Source: an uncultured Planctomycetota bacterium (lineage in GTDB: Bacteria > Planctomycetota > Planctomycetia > Isosphaerales > Isosphaeraceae). Taken from it: DNA of 64,000 nucleotides. Positions 43,941-53,674 of the stretch are shown one piece after another. Position 1 is the stretch's first letter. Every line of letters starts with the position of its first letter. The notes under the pieces were generated by a model. It was not told the DNA's origin, did no database searches, and worked only from the letters and a program-made list of their open reading frames with translations. A program made the position numbers and the translations under genes. Where the stretch lies: the NCBI GenBank assembly GCA_963823665.1, contig CAWGMQ010000010.1, forward strand, positions 2,400,001 through 2,464,000. The letters are read 5' to 3'.

Positions 43941-44650
43941 CTCAGTCCGGCTCCGATCCGGGGGGCGCCGAAGCTACGGGCGTTCGAACGCTGGCCGGGC
44001 GTCGCATGCGAGCGGGTCACTCCTTCGGTCAGAAGGAAAGGGGCCGCGCCGCGATGGACATTCTGGCTCGTCTGGACGAATCCAGCCCGGCCGAACAGGT
44101 CGCGCACCCTTCGGGCCGAGGCGTGCAGGACTTCCCCCTCCACTCCGGCGACACAGACGTCATAGATGAACCATCCCCAGAGACCGTCGCGATAGCCGTC
44201 GACCAGGAACAACCGTCCCCCGGGTTTGAGGACGCGGAACATCTCCGCGACGGCACAGTCCTGGTGCGGATAGTGGTGGAAGCTGTTGGCGCACGTCACC
44301 ACGTCGAAAGCGCCGGCTGGGAACGGGAGGCGCTCACTGTCCCCCTGGACCGCGAGGAGGTGTTCCGGATCCGATCGCCACCGCGCTTTGCCCTGGGCCA
44401 GCATCGCGGAGACGAGGTCGACCCCCCAGACCGTGGACCGCGGCACGGCCGCCCTGATCCTGGAGGCGAACACGCCGGTGCCGCAGCCTACGTCCAGGAT
44501 CGCTACAGGCTGCTCGCCGCATCGAGCCCTCACCCGAGCGATGATCGCCCGGTGTGACGGACCGAACAGCAGCCGCTGCAGGATGCAGCGGTCATAGCCT
44601 CGACTCCAGTGGGCAAACTCCCCGGCGGCTTGGATCTTGGTGTATGACAT
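43937..44650 (-). CDS. Class I SAM-dependent methyltransferase
   Basis: ILDVGCGTG, GVDL, GDSERLPF, FDVV, RVLKPGG. Confidence 0.9.
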   Translation of the reverse strand: MSYTKIQAAGEFAHWSRGYDRCILQRLLFGPSHRAIIARVRARCGEQPVAILDVGCGTGVFASRIRAAVPRSTVWGVDLVSAMLAQGKARWRSDPEHLLAVQGDSERLPFPAGAFDVVTCANSFHHYPHQDCAVAEMFRVLKPGGRLFLVDGYRDGLWGWFIYDVCVAGVEGEVLHASARRVRDLFGRAGFVQTSQNVHRGAAPFLLTEGVTRSHATPGQRSNARSFGAPRIGAGLR

Positions 44651-44690
44651 CGGTTCCTCCCGGATGAGCTTGATCATCCGTTACCAACGC

Positions 44691-44802
44691 AAACAAGAAA
44701 GCCGGCGTGGTCGAACACCCGAAGGTATTCGACCACGCCGGCTTACTCGTCAACAGGCCCACCGGCAAAGCCGGGTTGCCCTTCCTCAAGTCGTCCGACG
44801 AC
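44691..44802 (-). ncRNA. Repeated leader/attenuator element, copy 7 (upstream of methyltransferase-hydrolase-MMPL operon)
   Basis: 19-bp stem GCCGGCGUGGUCGAAUACC-UUCG-GGUGUUCGACCACGCCGGC followed by UUUCUUGUUU; promoter TTGCTA-N16-GACAAT at 44894-44867. Confidence 0.85.
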
Positions 44803-45189
44803 ATCCGCTCATGTTTTGGTGGGATTTGCCCGCTTGCTCATCAAGCAGGCCGTGCGCCCAATTCCTATTGTCCTCTTCGGAGCGTGAATAGCAATAGCAT
44901 TTCGGCTTTTTCTCACATGAAAAGCCCCAGATCCAATATCGCCGGGTCAGGCCGTCACAATCGCCCGCCGAGTTAGCCACTTCAGCAGCATCTTCGGGAC
45001 GGTGTATTACAGCCCCGCGTAGATCGACAACGCCGCCAGGAGACCCAGGAACGCCAGCGCGAAGGCGACTCCCGCCAAGGTGCCGAGCATCGGGTGGGTC
45101 AGTGCGGTCGCGAGGAGACGGCCCGTCGATTGGCCTTCGCAGCCGGCGCGTGTAGAGCGTTTCTTTCCATCGCATCGGGTTGCCTCATC

Positions 45190-46917
45190 TCAAAACGCTC
45201 GGGTTAGAGTCTCTCTCGGATGATCCCTTCGCAACTTCCCAACTCCCGCGAGCCCGACGCGACCGAGAACCTCAACCCCCACGATGGAGATGTCGTCGTG
45301 AGCACTCGCCGCGCCGCGCCACCGTTCGACCTCGCCCACCACGGCGACGACGCTCTCCTCAAGTGGCACGGAACGGGCGCGGCCGATCGCCTTCAGCAGC
45401 CGGGCATCGCCGAACATCGCACGGGCGGGGTCCATCATATCGGTAACGCCGTCCGAGTAGAGGTACAGCCTGTCCCCGGGCGCCAGCCGGACGCACCGCT
45501 CCTCGAAGACGTCGTCCGCCAGACCGATCGGGAACCCCGGGCCTTCCAGGATCACCGGAGGTGACCCGGCGGGGACGAGTACCGGGCCGGGGTGGCCGGC
45601 GGAGACGTAGCGAAACTCCCCCGCCCTCACGTCCAGCACGCCGTAGATGATCGTGGCGAACTGCTCGGTCGTCTCGTTGTAGGGGAAGAGCTGGTTCAGG
45701 CGGTCCGCAACCTCGGCGGGGGGAGTGATCGCGGGCCGATCCGGGACGCCCGCGTCCCGGGTCAGGATCGAGGACGGCTCCGACGGAGAGGACAGGACAC
45801 GACTCAGTGCCATGGCCAGAAGGGCCGACGCGACGCCATGGCCGCTGACGTCCAAGATGTACAGCCCGACCTTGCCATCGCCGAGCGAGATGACGTTCAG
45901 GCCGTCGCCGCCCAGTTCGTCGCAGGGCCGATAAATCCAGGCGAAGGCCGCGCCCGGCACGCGGGGCAGCTCGTGAGGCAGGAACGTCTCCTGGATCTTG
46001 GCCGCCGCCTGCAGGTCGCGTGACATCCGATCGTGGACGAGCGCCAGTCGCGCATTGATCTCGTCTTTCTGGCGTTCAGCTTCGTGGAGAACCCTTTCGG
46101 TCCGCTTGCGGTCGGTGATGTCTTCGACGGCCAGGAGAATCGCCTCAAATCCCCCTCCGGGGGGAAAACCGCGGGCGTTGAGCAGCATCGTCTTCGGGCC
46201 GATATGGCTGAAATCGTGTTCCACCTCGAAATCATCGAACGAGAAGTGCAGTGGCAGTATTTCCTCGAGCAGCGTTCTTAACGCCGGGATGTTCCACTGC
46301 CCATTGCCCAATTCGTAGATGGACCTGCCTTCGGTCTCGGTGGGTTCGACCTTGAACGTCTCGTAGAAAGCGCGATTTGCCGACCGGACGCGAAGCTCCG
46401 GATCGAGGACCAGCAGCGGCTCTCGCACCGTCGCCACGATGCTCTCGGCATATTCCCTGGCCGATTCGATAAGTTGCTCGGCTTCTCTCCGTTCGGTGAT
46501 GTCCCGAAAGATGAGGACCACCCCGACGACATTCCCCCGGTCATCTTTGATCGGCGCTGCGCAGTCGTCGATGGGTCGCTTGCTGCCGTCTCTGGCGATG
46601 AGCAGAGCATGTTCGCCGAGCTCGACGGTGAGCCCTCGCTGGATCACTTTCCGGACCGGTTGCTGGAACGGCTTCCCCGTCGTCTCATGGACGATGTGAA
46701 AGACGCTCTCGATCTCTTCTCCGACCGCGTCGGCGAGCGACCATCCGGTCAGCTTCTCGGCCACTGGATTGAGATAGTTCACGCGGCCCCCCGGGTCAGC
46801 GGCAATCACTCCGTCGCCGATGCAAGAGAGTGTAATCTGGAACCACTCACGGCCGGCGACGCCCGCGTTCCCTGCCAGTTCAGCTTCCGGGTTGCTCTGC
46901 GTGTGCGAAAGGCTCAT
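45190..46917 (-). CDS. PAS-PAS-PP2C (SpoIIE/RsbU-like) phosphatase
   Basis: Two PAS domains, then AAKIQETFLP, ELGGD, LDVSGHG, SAGHP, LYSDG, DDISI. Confidence 0.9.
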   Translation of the reverse strand: MSLSHTQSNPEAELAGNAGVAGREWFQITLSCIGDGVIAADPGGRVNYLNPVAEKLTGWSLADAVGEEIESVFHIVHETTGKPFQQPVRKVIQRGLTVELGEHALLIARDGSKRPIDDCAAPIKDDRGNVVGVVLIFRDITERREAEQLIESAREYAESIVATVREPLLVLDPELRVRSANRAFYETFKVEPTETEGRSIYELGNGQWNIPALRTLLEEILPLHFSFDDFEVEHDFSHIGPKTMLLNARGFPPGGGFEAILLAVEDITDRKRTERVLHEAERQKDEINARLALVHDRMSRDLQAAAKIQETFLPHELPRVPGAAFAWIYRPCDELGGDGLNVISLGDGKVGLYILDVSGHGVASALLAMALSRVLSSPSEPSSILTRDAGVPDRPAITPPAEVADRLNQLFPYNETTEQFATIIYGVLDVRAGEFRYVSAGHPGPVLVPAGSPPVILEGPGFPIGLADDVFEERCVRLAPGDRLYLYSDGVTDMMDPARAMFGDARLLKAIGRARSVPLEESVVAVVGEVERWRGAASAHDDISIVGVEVLGRVGLAGVGKLRRDHPRETLTRAF

Positions 46918-47124
46918 GATCCCCGTCTCACGGTCTTGCGTGCACGGCGCACGGCCCAGACACGGTCGAAACAGACGGCTTCGTCTCAGTCCGGCGCGAA
47001 GGCCGGGGCACTGAGGCCGGTCGACCATTCTCGGGTGCTGAGTCCACGGTTCTGGTCGTCGCCTCGATCGGGTCGTGGTTCGAGATCGCTTTGGAATGAG
47101 ACATGGGTGTCGGCCTCGTTGAAA
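46905..47124. repeat. Internally deleted duplicate of 50617-51078
   Basis: 46905-47039 matches 50617-50752, and 47041-47124 matches ~50995-51078. Confidence 0.8.
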
Positions 47125-48055
47125 GAAGCTTCCCCCTCTGCTGTGGCCCGGGCGCCCGTTGCTGAGACTGTAGCGGGTTCGACACCTTCTCGGCCCGCGG
47201 CTCACCGGATGCCGCTGGGACGCGGACCGTTCGCAAGTCGCTGGCCGCCCGCTCGACGTATCCGGGCGCGTAGGTCGGCGGGACCACGGTCGTGAGCTGC
47301 TTCGCTGACCAGATCCCGTGCCGCTCGTTGCCGGGGAAGTAGACGAGCGTGTCGAATGTGAACGGATTCTCCAGCACGTAATGTGAGGCGAGCATCATGC
47401 CGAACATGCAACACGGGAAGTCGGCGGCACGCTCCATGTCGCCGAGCCGGATCGGCTTCGAAAGCTCGATCCCCGCCGCCATGAACGCCTTCTGAGTCAT
47501 CTCGACGCAGTAGAGGGCCGTGTCATCGAGGCACAGCTCGTAATCGAAGGGAACCTGGTCCTGGTAAACCTTGCGGCAATACGCCAGGACTTTGGGGATG
47601 GCGCCGAGGAACTCGGGCTGCAGGCGCTTCACGCCGATGTAACCCACGTTGTCAAGGACCCAGACGCACCACGGCTGTCGAGCGCCGGCCGGGCGCGTCA
47701 TGTCGTAGACGACCGGGCCTTCCTTCTCGAACGCGATGATGCCGGTGTGCGAGAACCGGCTGTTGCTGCAATTCGCGACGAACCGGCTAAACGGAAAGTA
47801 GCCGTGGAGCAATCGGGCATCGCCCGCGCGGAAGACGATGTCGCCGTCGCGGAGCACCTGGCGGCCCCATCGGTCCCAGCGCGCCATATCGGGCGTGATG
47901 ACGATGGGCGGCAACTTCCCCTCATCGCGGGCCGTGGTGGCCAACGGACCCCAGTAGCTCCCCGCGAAGCCGGGCGGCGCCATCCGCTCGCTCATTTCAC
48001 GTTCTTCGGGGGGAAACGCCATCAACGAGACGAGCCAAAGGACGATTCCAGACAT
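46928..48055 (-). CDS. YiiX/YebB-like permuted papain-like (NlpC/P60) enzyme
   Basis: LRDGDIVFR, FSHTGII, PFDY, LYCVEM; the C-terminal tail comes from a duplicated segment. Confidence 0.75.
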   Translation of the reverse strand: MSGIVLWLVSLMAFPPEEREMSERMAPPGFAGSYWGPLATTARDEGKLPPIVITPDMARWDRWGRQVLRDGDIVFRAGDARLLHGYFPFSRFVANCSNSRFSHTGIIAFEKEGPVVYDMTRPAGARQPWCVWVLDNVGYIGVKRLQPEFLGAIPKVLAYCRKVYQDQVPFDYELCLDDTALYCVEMTQKAFMAAGIELSKPIRLGDMERAADFPCCMFGMMLASHYVLENPFTFDTLVYFPGNERHGIWSAKQLTTVVPPTYAPGYVERAASDLRTVRVPAASGEPRAEKVSNPLQSQQRAPGPQQRGKLLSTRPTPMSHSKAISNHDPIEATTRTVDSAPENGRPASVPRPSRRTETKPSVSTVSGPCAVHARP

Positions 48056-48107
48056 GAGCCGTAAGCCTCGATTCTTGTCCTTGATAGCCGCCGGTGTCGG
48101 ATCGTTG

Positions 48108-48217
48108 AAAAAAAAAGCCGGCGTGGTCGAGGACCCCCAGGTCCGCGACCACGCCGGCTTACTCTAGGACGAACCGCCCGGCATGGCCGGGCTGCCCTTC
48201 ACTTAGTCATCCGACAA
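48108..48217 (-). ncRNA. Repeated leader/attenuator element, copy 8 (upstream of YiiX-like gene and PP2C)
   Basis: UUGUCGGAUGACUAAGUGAAGGGCAGCCCGG...GAGUAAGCCGGCGUGGUCG...CGACCACGCCGGC-U9; promoter TTGCTT-N18-TATCAT at 48313-48284. Confidence 0.85.
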
Positions 48218-48457
48218 ATTCAAATCATTTCCGGAAGTCGACGTGCGGTTGTCGCATATCAACACCCACCAAGAACATCTACGATGATACGCGCTGGGAC
48301 GAGAGAAAAGCAAATCTCTTGAGTCTTTATGACCAAAAATCGATCCGGACACTGCGGTCCCGATACCAGTAACAGCGGTCCAGAAAGCAACAATCGTCCT
48401 CGAGCCGCCAGAACACGGTAGCATTTGCCGCGCCGTGGGCCGCGTTCTAAGCGCGTT

Positions 48458-48473
48458 TGGCACGGAGGATGCT
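48458..48473 (+). promoter_or_regulatory. Candidate sigma54 promoter
   Basis: TGGCACG-GAGG-ATGCT upstream of the GH15 gene. Confidence 0.45.
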
Positions 48474-48629
48474 GGCAATTGAACCCGACATCTAGCCGGC
48501 CTGCAAGGAATGCCTCACCAAATGCCCGATGAACGTCGACATGGCCACTTACAAAGCCGAGTTCCTCTGGCACTACCATGGCCGGCCGTCGGGATGGGCC
48601 TGCCATCACCGGGAGAACGGCGACGTCCG

Positions 48630-50575
48630 GCAAGCACCGGCAAGCCTGGTGTCACTCCGCATTGGGCTTCCAGCGCGAAGGACGGCGTCGGTACCGCACT
48701 CGGCCCGAATACGCATTCCACGAGCTTGGTCTGGTTCACCCTGGGCCACGGCATTCTGACCGAGATTTTCTACCCTCGCATTGACCGGGCATGTACCCGC
48801 GACCTCGGCCTCATCGTCACCGACGGCAAAAACTTCTTCTCGGACGAAAAGGTTGACACCGAGCACCGCGTCGAATACCCGGTCGAGGGTGTTCCCTTAT
48901 ATCGGTTGATCAACATCTGCCGGCAGGGCCGGTATCGGATCGAAAAGACAACCTTCGCCCACCCTCACCAGGACGCCGTCCTCCAGATCACTCAGTTCAC
49001 GGCGATTGAAGGGCGAATCGAGGACTACCATCTGTACGTGGTCTTGGCGCCGCACCTCGGGAACCGGGGGGCGGGCAATTCCGCATGGCTGGGCGATCAC
49101 CGGGGGGTGCCGATGCTGTTTGCTCGCCGCGGCGGCCAGGCACTGGCCCTGGCGTGCTCGGCACCCTGGATCAGGGGCTCGGCCGGGTACGTCGGGGCTT
49201 CCGACGGCTATGAGGATCTGGCGCGGAGCAAGCAGATGACCTGCGAATACGACCGGGCCGAGGATGGCAACGTCGCGCTTACGGGCGAGGTGGACATCAC
49301 CTGAGTTGGACCGGTATCCAGCTCGGGGAGACCGCCTTGCCCCTCCTGCTCCTCGACCTGCTTCGTCGCCATGACGGGCTTCCTCACGAGGATGTTCCGC
49401 GGTTCTGGCCCATGGTCCGGCGCACCGCCGGCTCCATCGTTCGGAGCGGTCCCTCGACCGCGCAAGACCGCGGGGAGAACGAACCGGGATATACCCCCTT
49501 CACGCTGGCGGCCGCGATCGCCGCGCTGTTGATCGCCGGCGAACTGGCCGATGAAAAGGGTGAGAGCACCGTAGGCGCCTACCTTCGGGAAACGGCTGAC
49601 GCCTGGAACGCCGCCATCGAGAGCTGGCTCTATATCACGGGCACCGATCTGGCCCGCCGGCTCGGGGTCGAAGGGTACTACGCGCGGGGTATCCCGCCCG
49701 CGCTAGATCACGAATCCACACCCCGCCTCGGCCACGTGACGATGACGCAGACGACCCCCACCAAGAACGGAACCGCAGTCACCGAAATCGTCAGCGTCGA
49801 CGCACTCGCGCTGGTCCGGTTCGGCCTGCGCGCGCCCGACGACCAGAGGATCGTCAATACCGTCAAGGTCATCGACGCCCTCCTCAAGGTCGAGACTCCT
49901 CGCGGGCCCTACTGGCGCCGCTACAATGGCGACATTTATGGGGAGAAGGCGGACGGTTCCCCCTACGATGGCAAGCCCGACGGGATCGGACGCGCCTGGC
50001 CGCTGCTGACCGGCGAGCGCGCCCACTTCGAGCTGGAGGCGGGACGTAAGCAGGAGGCGATCAGCCTCTTGCACGCCATGGAATCCCTCGCCGGCGACAG
50101 TGGGATGATCCCCGAGCAGGTCTGGGACTCAGGCGACATTCCCGAGCGCGGCCTCTTCAAGGGGAGACCATCAGGCTCGGCCATGCCCCTGGCCTGGGCC
50201 CACGCCGAGTATGTCAAGCTGCTGCGCTCGATCCAGGACGGCCGCACGTTCGACCGTCCTCCCCAGACGGTGCGGCGGTACCGGCAGCAGAAGGTGGGCT
50301 CCCACCTGGCTGGCTGGCGGTTCGACTACCCGCGCCGGGTGATCTCGCCGGGCGAGGTGCTGCGAGTGGAAACGCTGGCGGCAGCCGTGGTGCACTGGAG
50401 CACGGACGCCTGGAAGACGAGCCACGATTCCCCGATGCGCGACACCGGCCTGGGCATCTACGTCGCCGACCTCGACACCGCTCGGCTGAAGAGTCGCGAC
50501 ACGATCGAGATGACGTTCCACTGGTCCGATCCCGACCGTTGGGAGGGGAAGAATATCACCGTGGTCGTGGTTTGA
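48630..50575 (+). pseudogene. GH15 glucoamylase/glucodextranase, split at ~49304 with its central region missing
   Basis: N-domain W.SSAKDGVGTA..VWFTLGHGILTEIFYP; C-part GRAWPLLTGER, MIPEQVWD, GSAMPLAWAHAEY; the usual Y.LVWPRD segment is absent. Start approximate. Confidence 0.75.
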
Positions 50576-50626
50576 CCCAGCGGGCCGTGCGCTGGCTAGC
50601 CACGTTGCTTGGCGCTTGCGAAAAGC

Positions 50627-51058
50627 TCATGATCCCCGTCTCGCGGTCTTGCGTGCACGGCGCGCCGGCGGAGACACCGTCGCAACGGACGGCTCGGTCT
50701 CAGTCCGGCGTGAGGACCGGTGCACTGAGGCCGGTCGACCATTCTCGGGTGCTTTTTCACACAGCTCTTCGACCTTCTGGCGCGCGGCCGCAGTGCCGTC
50801 GATCAACCCTTGGGCCGCGGCGTTGTTCGCGGGGACGGAACGAGCCAGCAAAATCGTGGGAAAGACCACCCCGTACGCGGTGGCGTAACAGGTGGTGTAA
50901 ACCAATCGGCTGACGAAGCGCCCGGTCGCCGGCCATGTCCGGGCTGCCGCCTCGCGCGCGTCCGCTGCCCCGCGCCGGGCGGCTTGCATGGCGAGTTTCA
51001 CGGTTCTGGTGGTCGCGTCGATCGGGTCGTGGCTCGAGATCGCTTGGGGATGAGACAT
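50627..51058 (-). CDS. Conserved-looking hypothetical protein
   Basis: AARRGAADAREAA...RLVYTTCYATAYGVVFP...PANNAAAQGLIDG. Confidence 0.6.
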   Translation of the reverse strand: MSHPQAISSHDPIDATTRTVKLAMQAARRGAADAREAAARTWPATGRFVSRLVYTTCYATAYGVVFPTILLARSVPANNAAAQGLIDGTAAARQKVEELCEKAPENGRPASVHRSSRRTETEPSVATVSPPARRARKTARRGS

Positions 51059-51121
51059 GGGTGTTGGCCTCGTTGAAACAATGTCAAACGATCCGCCGCC
51101 GGCTGCATGCCGAGATCGTTG

Positions 51122-51231
51122 AAAAAAAAAGCCGGCGTGGTCGAAGACCAAGAGGTCCGCGACCACGCCGGCTTACCCGTCGACAGGCGACCCGAAATAC
51201 CCGGGCCGCCCTTCGTCCAGTCATCCGACAA
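51122..51231 (-). ncRNA. Repeated leader/attenuator element, copy 9
   Basis: Very similar to copy 8 including flanks; promoter TTGCTT-N18-TACCAT at 51324-51295. Confidence 0.85.
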
Positions 51232-51445
51232 ATCAAATCAGTTCCGGGAGCCCACATACGGTTACCCTATGTCGGCTCCCGTCAAACATACGTCATGGTA
51301 CGCGCGGCGGCGAGAGAAAAGCAAGCCTATTCGCTCTGCACCCGGAAAGTGCGTCCCTGAGTTCTTGGGCAAGGAAAGCCCCGGCTCGACAGGAAGAAAT
51401 GTCCGCGCACTGAGGGCTCGAGGGCACGTCGGCCGGCTCCTGGCG

Positions 51446-52159
51446 TCAGCCGAGCAAGCGGTCCAGCTCCTCTGCGACCATTGCGTAGCATTCGCATGAA
51501 GCGGCTTCCATCCCCTTCCGGTCCAGGACGGTCACCCTGCCCCGGTGGTACCTGATCAGCCCGGCGGTCTGGAGGCTGCCCGCCGCCGCGGTTACGGTGG
51601 GGCGGCGGACGCCGAGCATCTGCGCCAGGAACTCATGGGTGAGCGGGAACTCGTCGGTCCCCACCCGGTCGTGGCTCATCAGCAGCCAGCGGCACAGGCG
51701 TTTCTTGACAGAGTGCCGGTGGTTGCAGACGGTCGACTGCGAAATCTGGTTAATCATTGCCTGGGTGCTCCGCTGGACCAAGCTGTACAACGTGCCGCGC
51801 CGCAGCATCTCCTCCTGAAAGACCTTGGTTTCCATCCGGAGCGCATCGCCTGCAACCTGCGAAATCGCTCTGGTCAGGCTGCTCTGGCACCCGAGGAAGA
51901 CAGGGGTGCCGACCATGCCCTCGTTGCCGATGATGCCCACTTCGAGCGAGAAGCCGCCGTCCATGATGATCACCAGGGAAACCACCCCGTCCAGCGGGAA
52001 ATGGACGTGCGGAATCGGGCCGTTCGGTTCGTAGAGAATGTCCCTCAAGGGTAAGGACACCTTCTCCAGATGGGGACGCAGGCGGTCGTATTCCTTCCTC
52101 GGCAAAGCAGCCAACAGCCGATTCTCGCCGAGAACGTGGACTCTCCGAAACTTAGCCAT
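51446..52159 (-). CDS. Crp/Fnr family regulator
   Basis: NRLLAALP...EVGIIGNEGMVG...RLCRWLL...LTHEFLAQMLGVRRPTVT...SCECY. Confidence 0.9.
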   Translation of the reverse strand: MAKFRRVHVLGENRLLAALPRKEYDRLRPHLEKVSLPLRDILYEPNGPIPHVHFPLDGVVSLVIIMDGGFSLEVGIIGNEGMVGTPVFLGCQSSLTRAISQVAGDALRMETKVFQEEMLRRGTLYSLVQRSTQAMINQISQSTVCNHRHSVKKRLCRWLLMSHDRVGTDEFPLTHEFLAQMLGVRRPTVTAAAGSLQTAGLIRYHRGRVTVLDRKGMEAASCECYAMVAEELDRLLG

Positions 52160-52260
52160 TCTGCCCCTCCCCGCTGCGGTCGGGGCCGGGGGGTTCGCTG
52201 CACCCGGACCCGACCCTTGCCCTTCTCGTTCCATTATCGCAAGAAAAATTCTTGCCGTCT

Positions 52261-52329
52261 TGTCGGAAACCGTACAGACGATGAGCGTCTGCCAGCAGAC
52301 AAAGTGATAGAATGGTCTGCTGGCAGACA
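52261..52329. promoter_or_regulatory. Three Crp-like dyad sites between the divergent Crp genes
   Basis: TGTCGG-AAAC-CGTACA (52261), CGTCTG-CCAG-CAGACA (52286), GGTCTG-CTGG-CAGACA (52314). Confidence 0.5.
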
Positions 52330-52414
52330 GACCAGGAAGGTCGATCTGTGCCGCCGCTATACGCCTTGCAGTCGTCCTGCGGACGCTGGCGGGGAGCAGG
52401 GAGGGTGGGGAGCC

Positions 52415-53128
52415 GTGTCCAAAACCAAACCGCTCGCTGTGCCGCCGGGCAACCGGCTCCTGAGCCGGTTGCCCGCGGACGACTACCAGCGCCTTCTGCC
52501 CCGGCTACAACTCGTCCCGCTGACGTTGAAGCACGTCCTTTACGAGGCCCGATCGTCCATCGACTACGCCTACTTCCCCAACCGTGGTGTCGTCTCCGCT
52601 CTGACCGTGATGGAGGACGGCAGGGCCATCGAGGTAGCGACGATCGGCGACGATGGCATGGTCGGCCTCCCACTCCTCGTCGGGGCCACGATAACGGCCA
52701 ATCGGGTGATCGTGCAGGTTCCAGGCGACGCCCTGCGGATGCCGGAAGCGGCGCTGCGGGAAGAGGTGAGCCGGGAAAGCGCCTTGCGCCGGTTGCTGAT
52801 CCTCTACCACACCGCCTTTCTTGCCGAGGTTTCTCAGGCCGTGGCTTGCAATGGCCTGCACTCGGTTCACCAGCGCTGTTGCCGATGGCTGTTGATGACC
52901 CAGGACCGGGCGCACTCGGATGTCTTCCCAATGACGCACGAGTTCCTGGCCGAGATGCTCGGCGTGCGGCGCTCTACTGTCTCCGAGGTTCTCGAACCCT
53001 TCCAGCAGAAAGGATTGATCCGTTACAGCCGGGGGAAACTCACTGTCCTCGATCGGGATGGCTTGATGGCCGGCTCTTGCGAGTGCTACCGGAGCATCGC
53101 CGATGAATTCGCACGATTGTTCGGTTGA
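52415..53128 (+). CDS. Crp/Fnr family regulator (paralogue)
   Basis: NRLLSRLP...EVATIGDDGMVG...MTHEFLAEMLGVRRSTVS...SCECY; GTG start. Confidence 0.9.
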   Translation: MSKTKPLAVPPGNRLLSRLPADDYQRLLPRLQLVPLTLKHVLYEARSSIDYAYFPNRGVVSALTVMEDGRAIEVATIGDDGMVGLPLLVGATITANRVIVQVPGDALRMPEAALREEVSRESALRRLLILYHTAFLAEVSQAVACNGLHSVHQRCCRWLLMTQDRAHSDVFPMTHEFLAEMLGVRRSTVSEVLEPFQQKGLIRYSRGKLTVLDRDGLMAGSCECYRSIADEFARLFG

Positions 53129-53178
53129 ACACAAAAGGAAGGCTCGCGACGGGCGCAGCAAATAGCGCTTGCCTTGTC

Positions 53179-53199
53179 TGTCGGAAAGCGTACGGACGA
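53179..53199 (+). promoter_or_regulatory. Fourth Crp-like site, upstream of DUF2294-kinase operon
   Basis: TGTCGGAAAGCGTACGGACGA, nearly identical to TGTCGGAAACCGTACAGACGA at 52261. Confidence 0.45.
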
Positions 53200-53269
53200 C
53201 TTTGAAAACAGGTAGTAAAAAGACATAACACGATAAGTTGGTGGACCAAACGAGGGTTTTGGCGTTCCT

Positions 53270-53647
53270 ATGAAAACACGGGGCGAGATCGAAGCCGCCG
53301 TTTGCGAACTGATGAGACGCTTCCAACTGGAGTACATGGGCCGTGGACCCAGGGACATTCACGCCCACCTGATCGGTGATTTCCTTGTGGTCCGCCTCCA
53401 GGGCGTGTTGACCGCGGCTGAACAGCAGCTCGTCAAGTCGATCCCGTCCGCGAACGGGAGGGACCTGCTCAAACAAGTACGCACTCATCTGATCGAAACG
53501 GCTCGGCCGGTCATGGAAGCAATGATCCAGGAGGTCACAGGCGTCAAGGTGTTGAGCCTGCACCACGACATCAGCACGGTGACCGGAGAAGAGGTCGTGC
53601 TCTTCACTCTGGCCAGGTTGCCTGATTTTAGGCAGCCGAACAAATGA
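53270..53647 (+). CDS. DUF2294 / MpsC-like protein (type A, copy 3)
   Basis: MKTRGEIEAAVC...EYMGRGP...GRDLLKQVR...SLHHDISTVTGEE. Confidence 0.85.
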   Translation: MKTRGEIEAAVCELMRRFQLEYMGRGPRDIHAHLIGDFLVVRLQGVLTAAEQQLVKSIPSANGRDLLKQVRTHLIETARPVMEAMIQEVTGVKVLSLHHDISTVTGEEVVLFTLARLPDFRQPNK

Positions 53648-53674
53648 CTGTACTATGAATCGGGGTGCGAAAAC

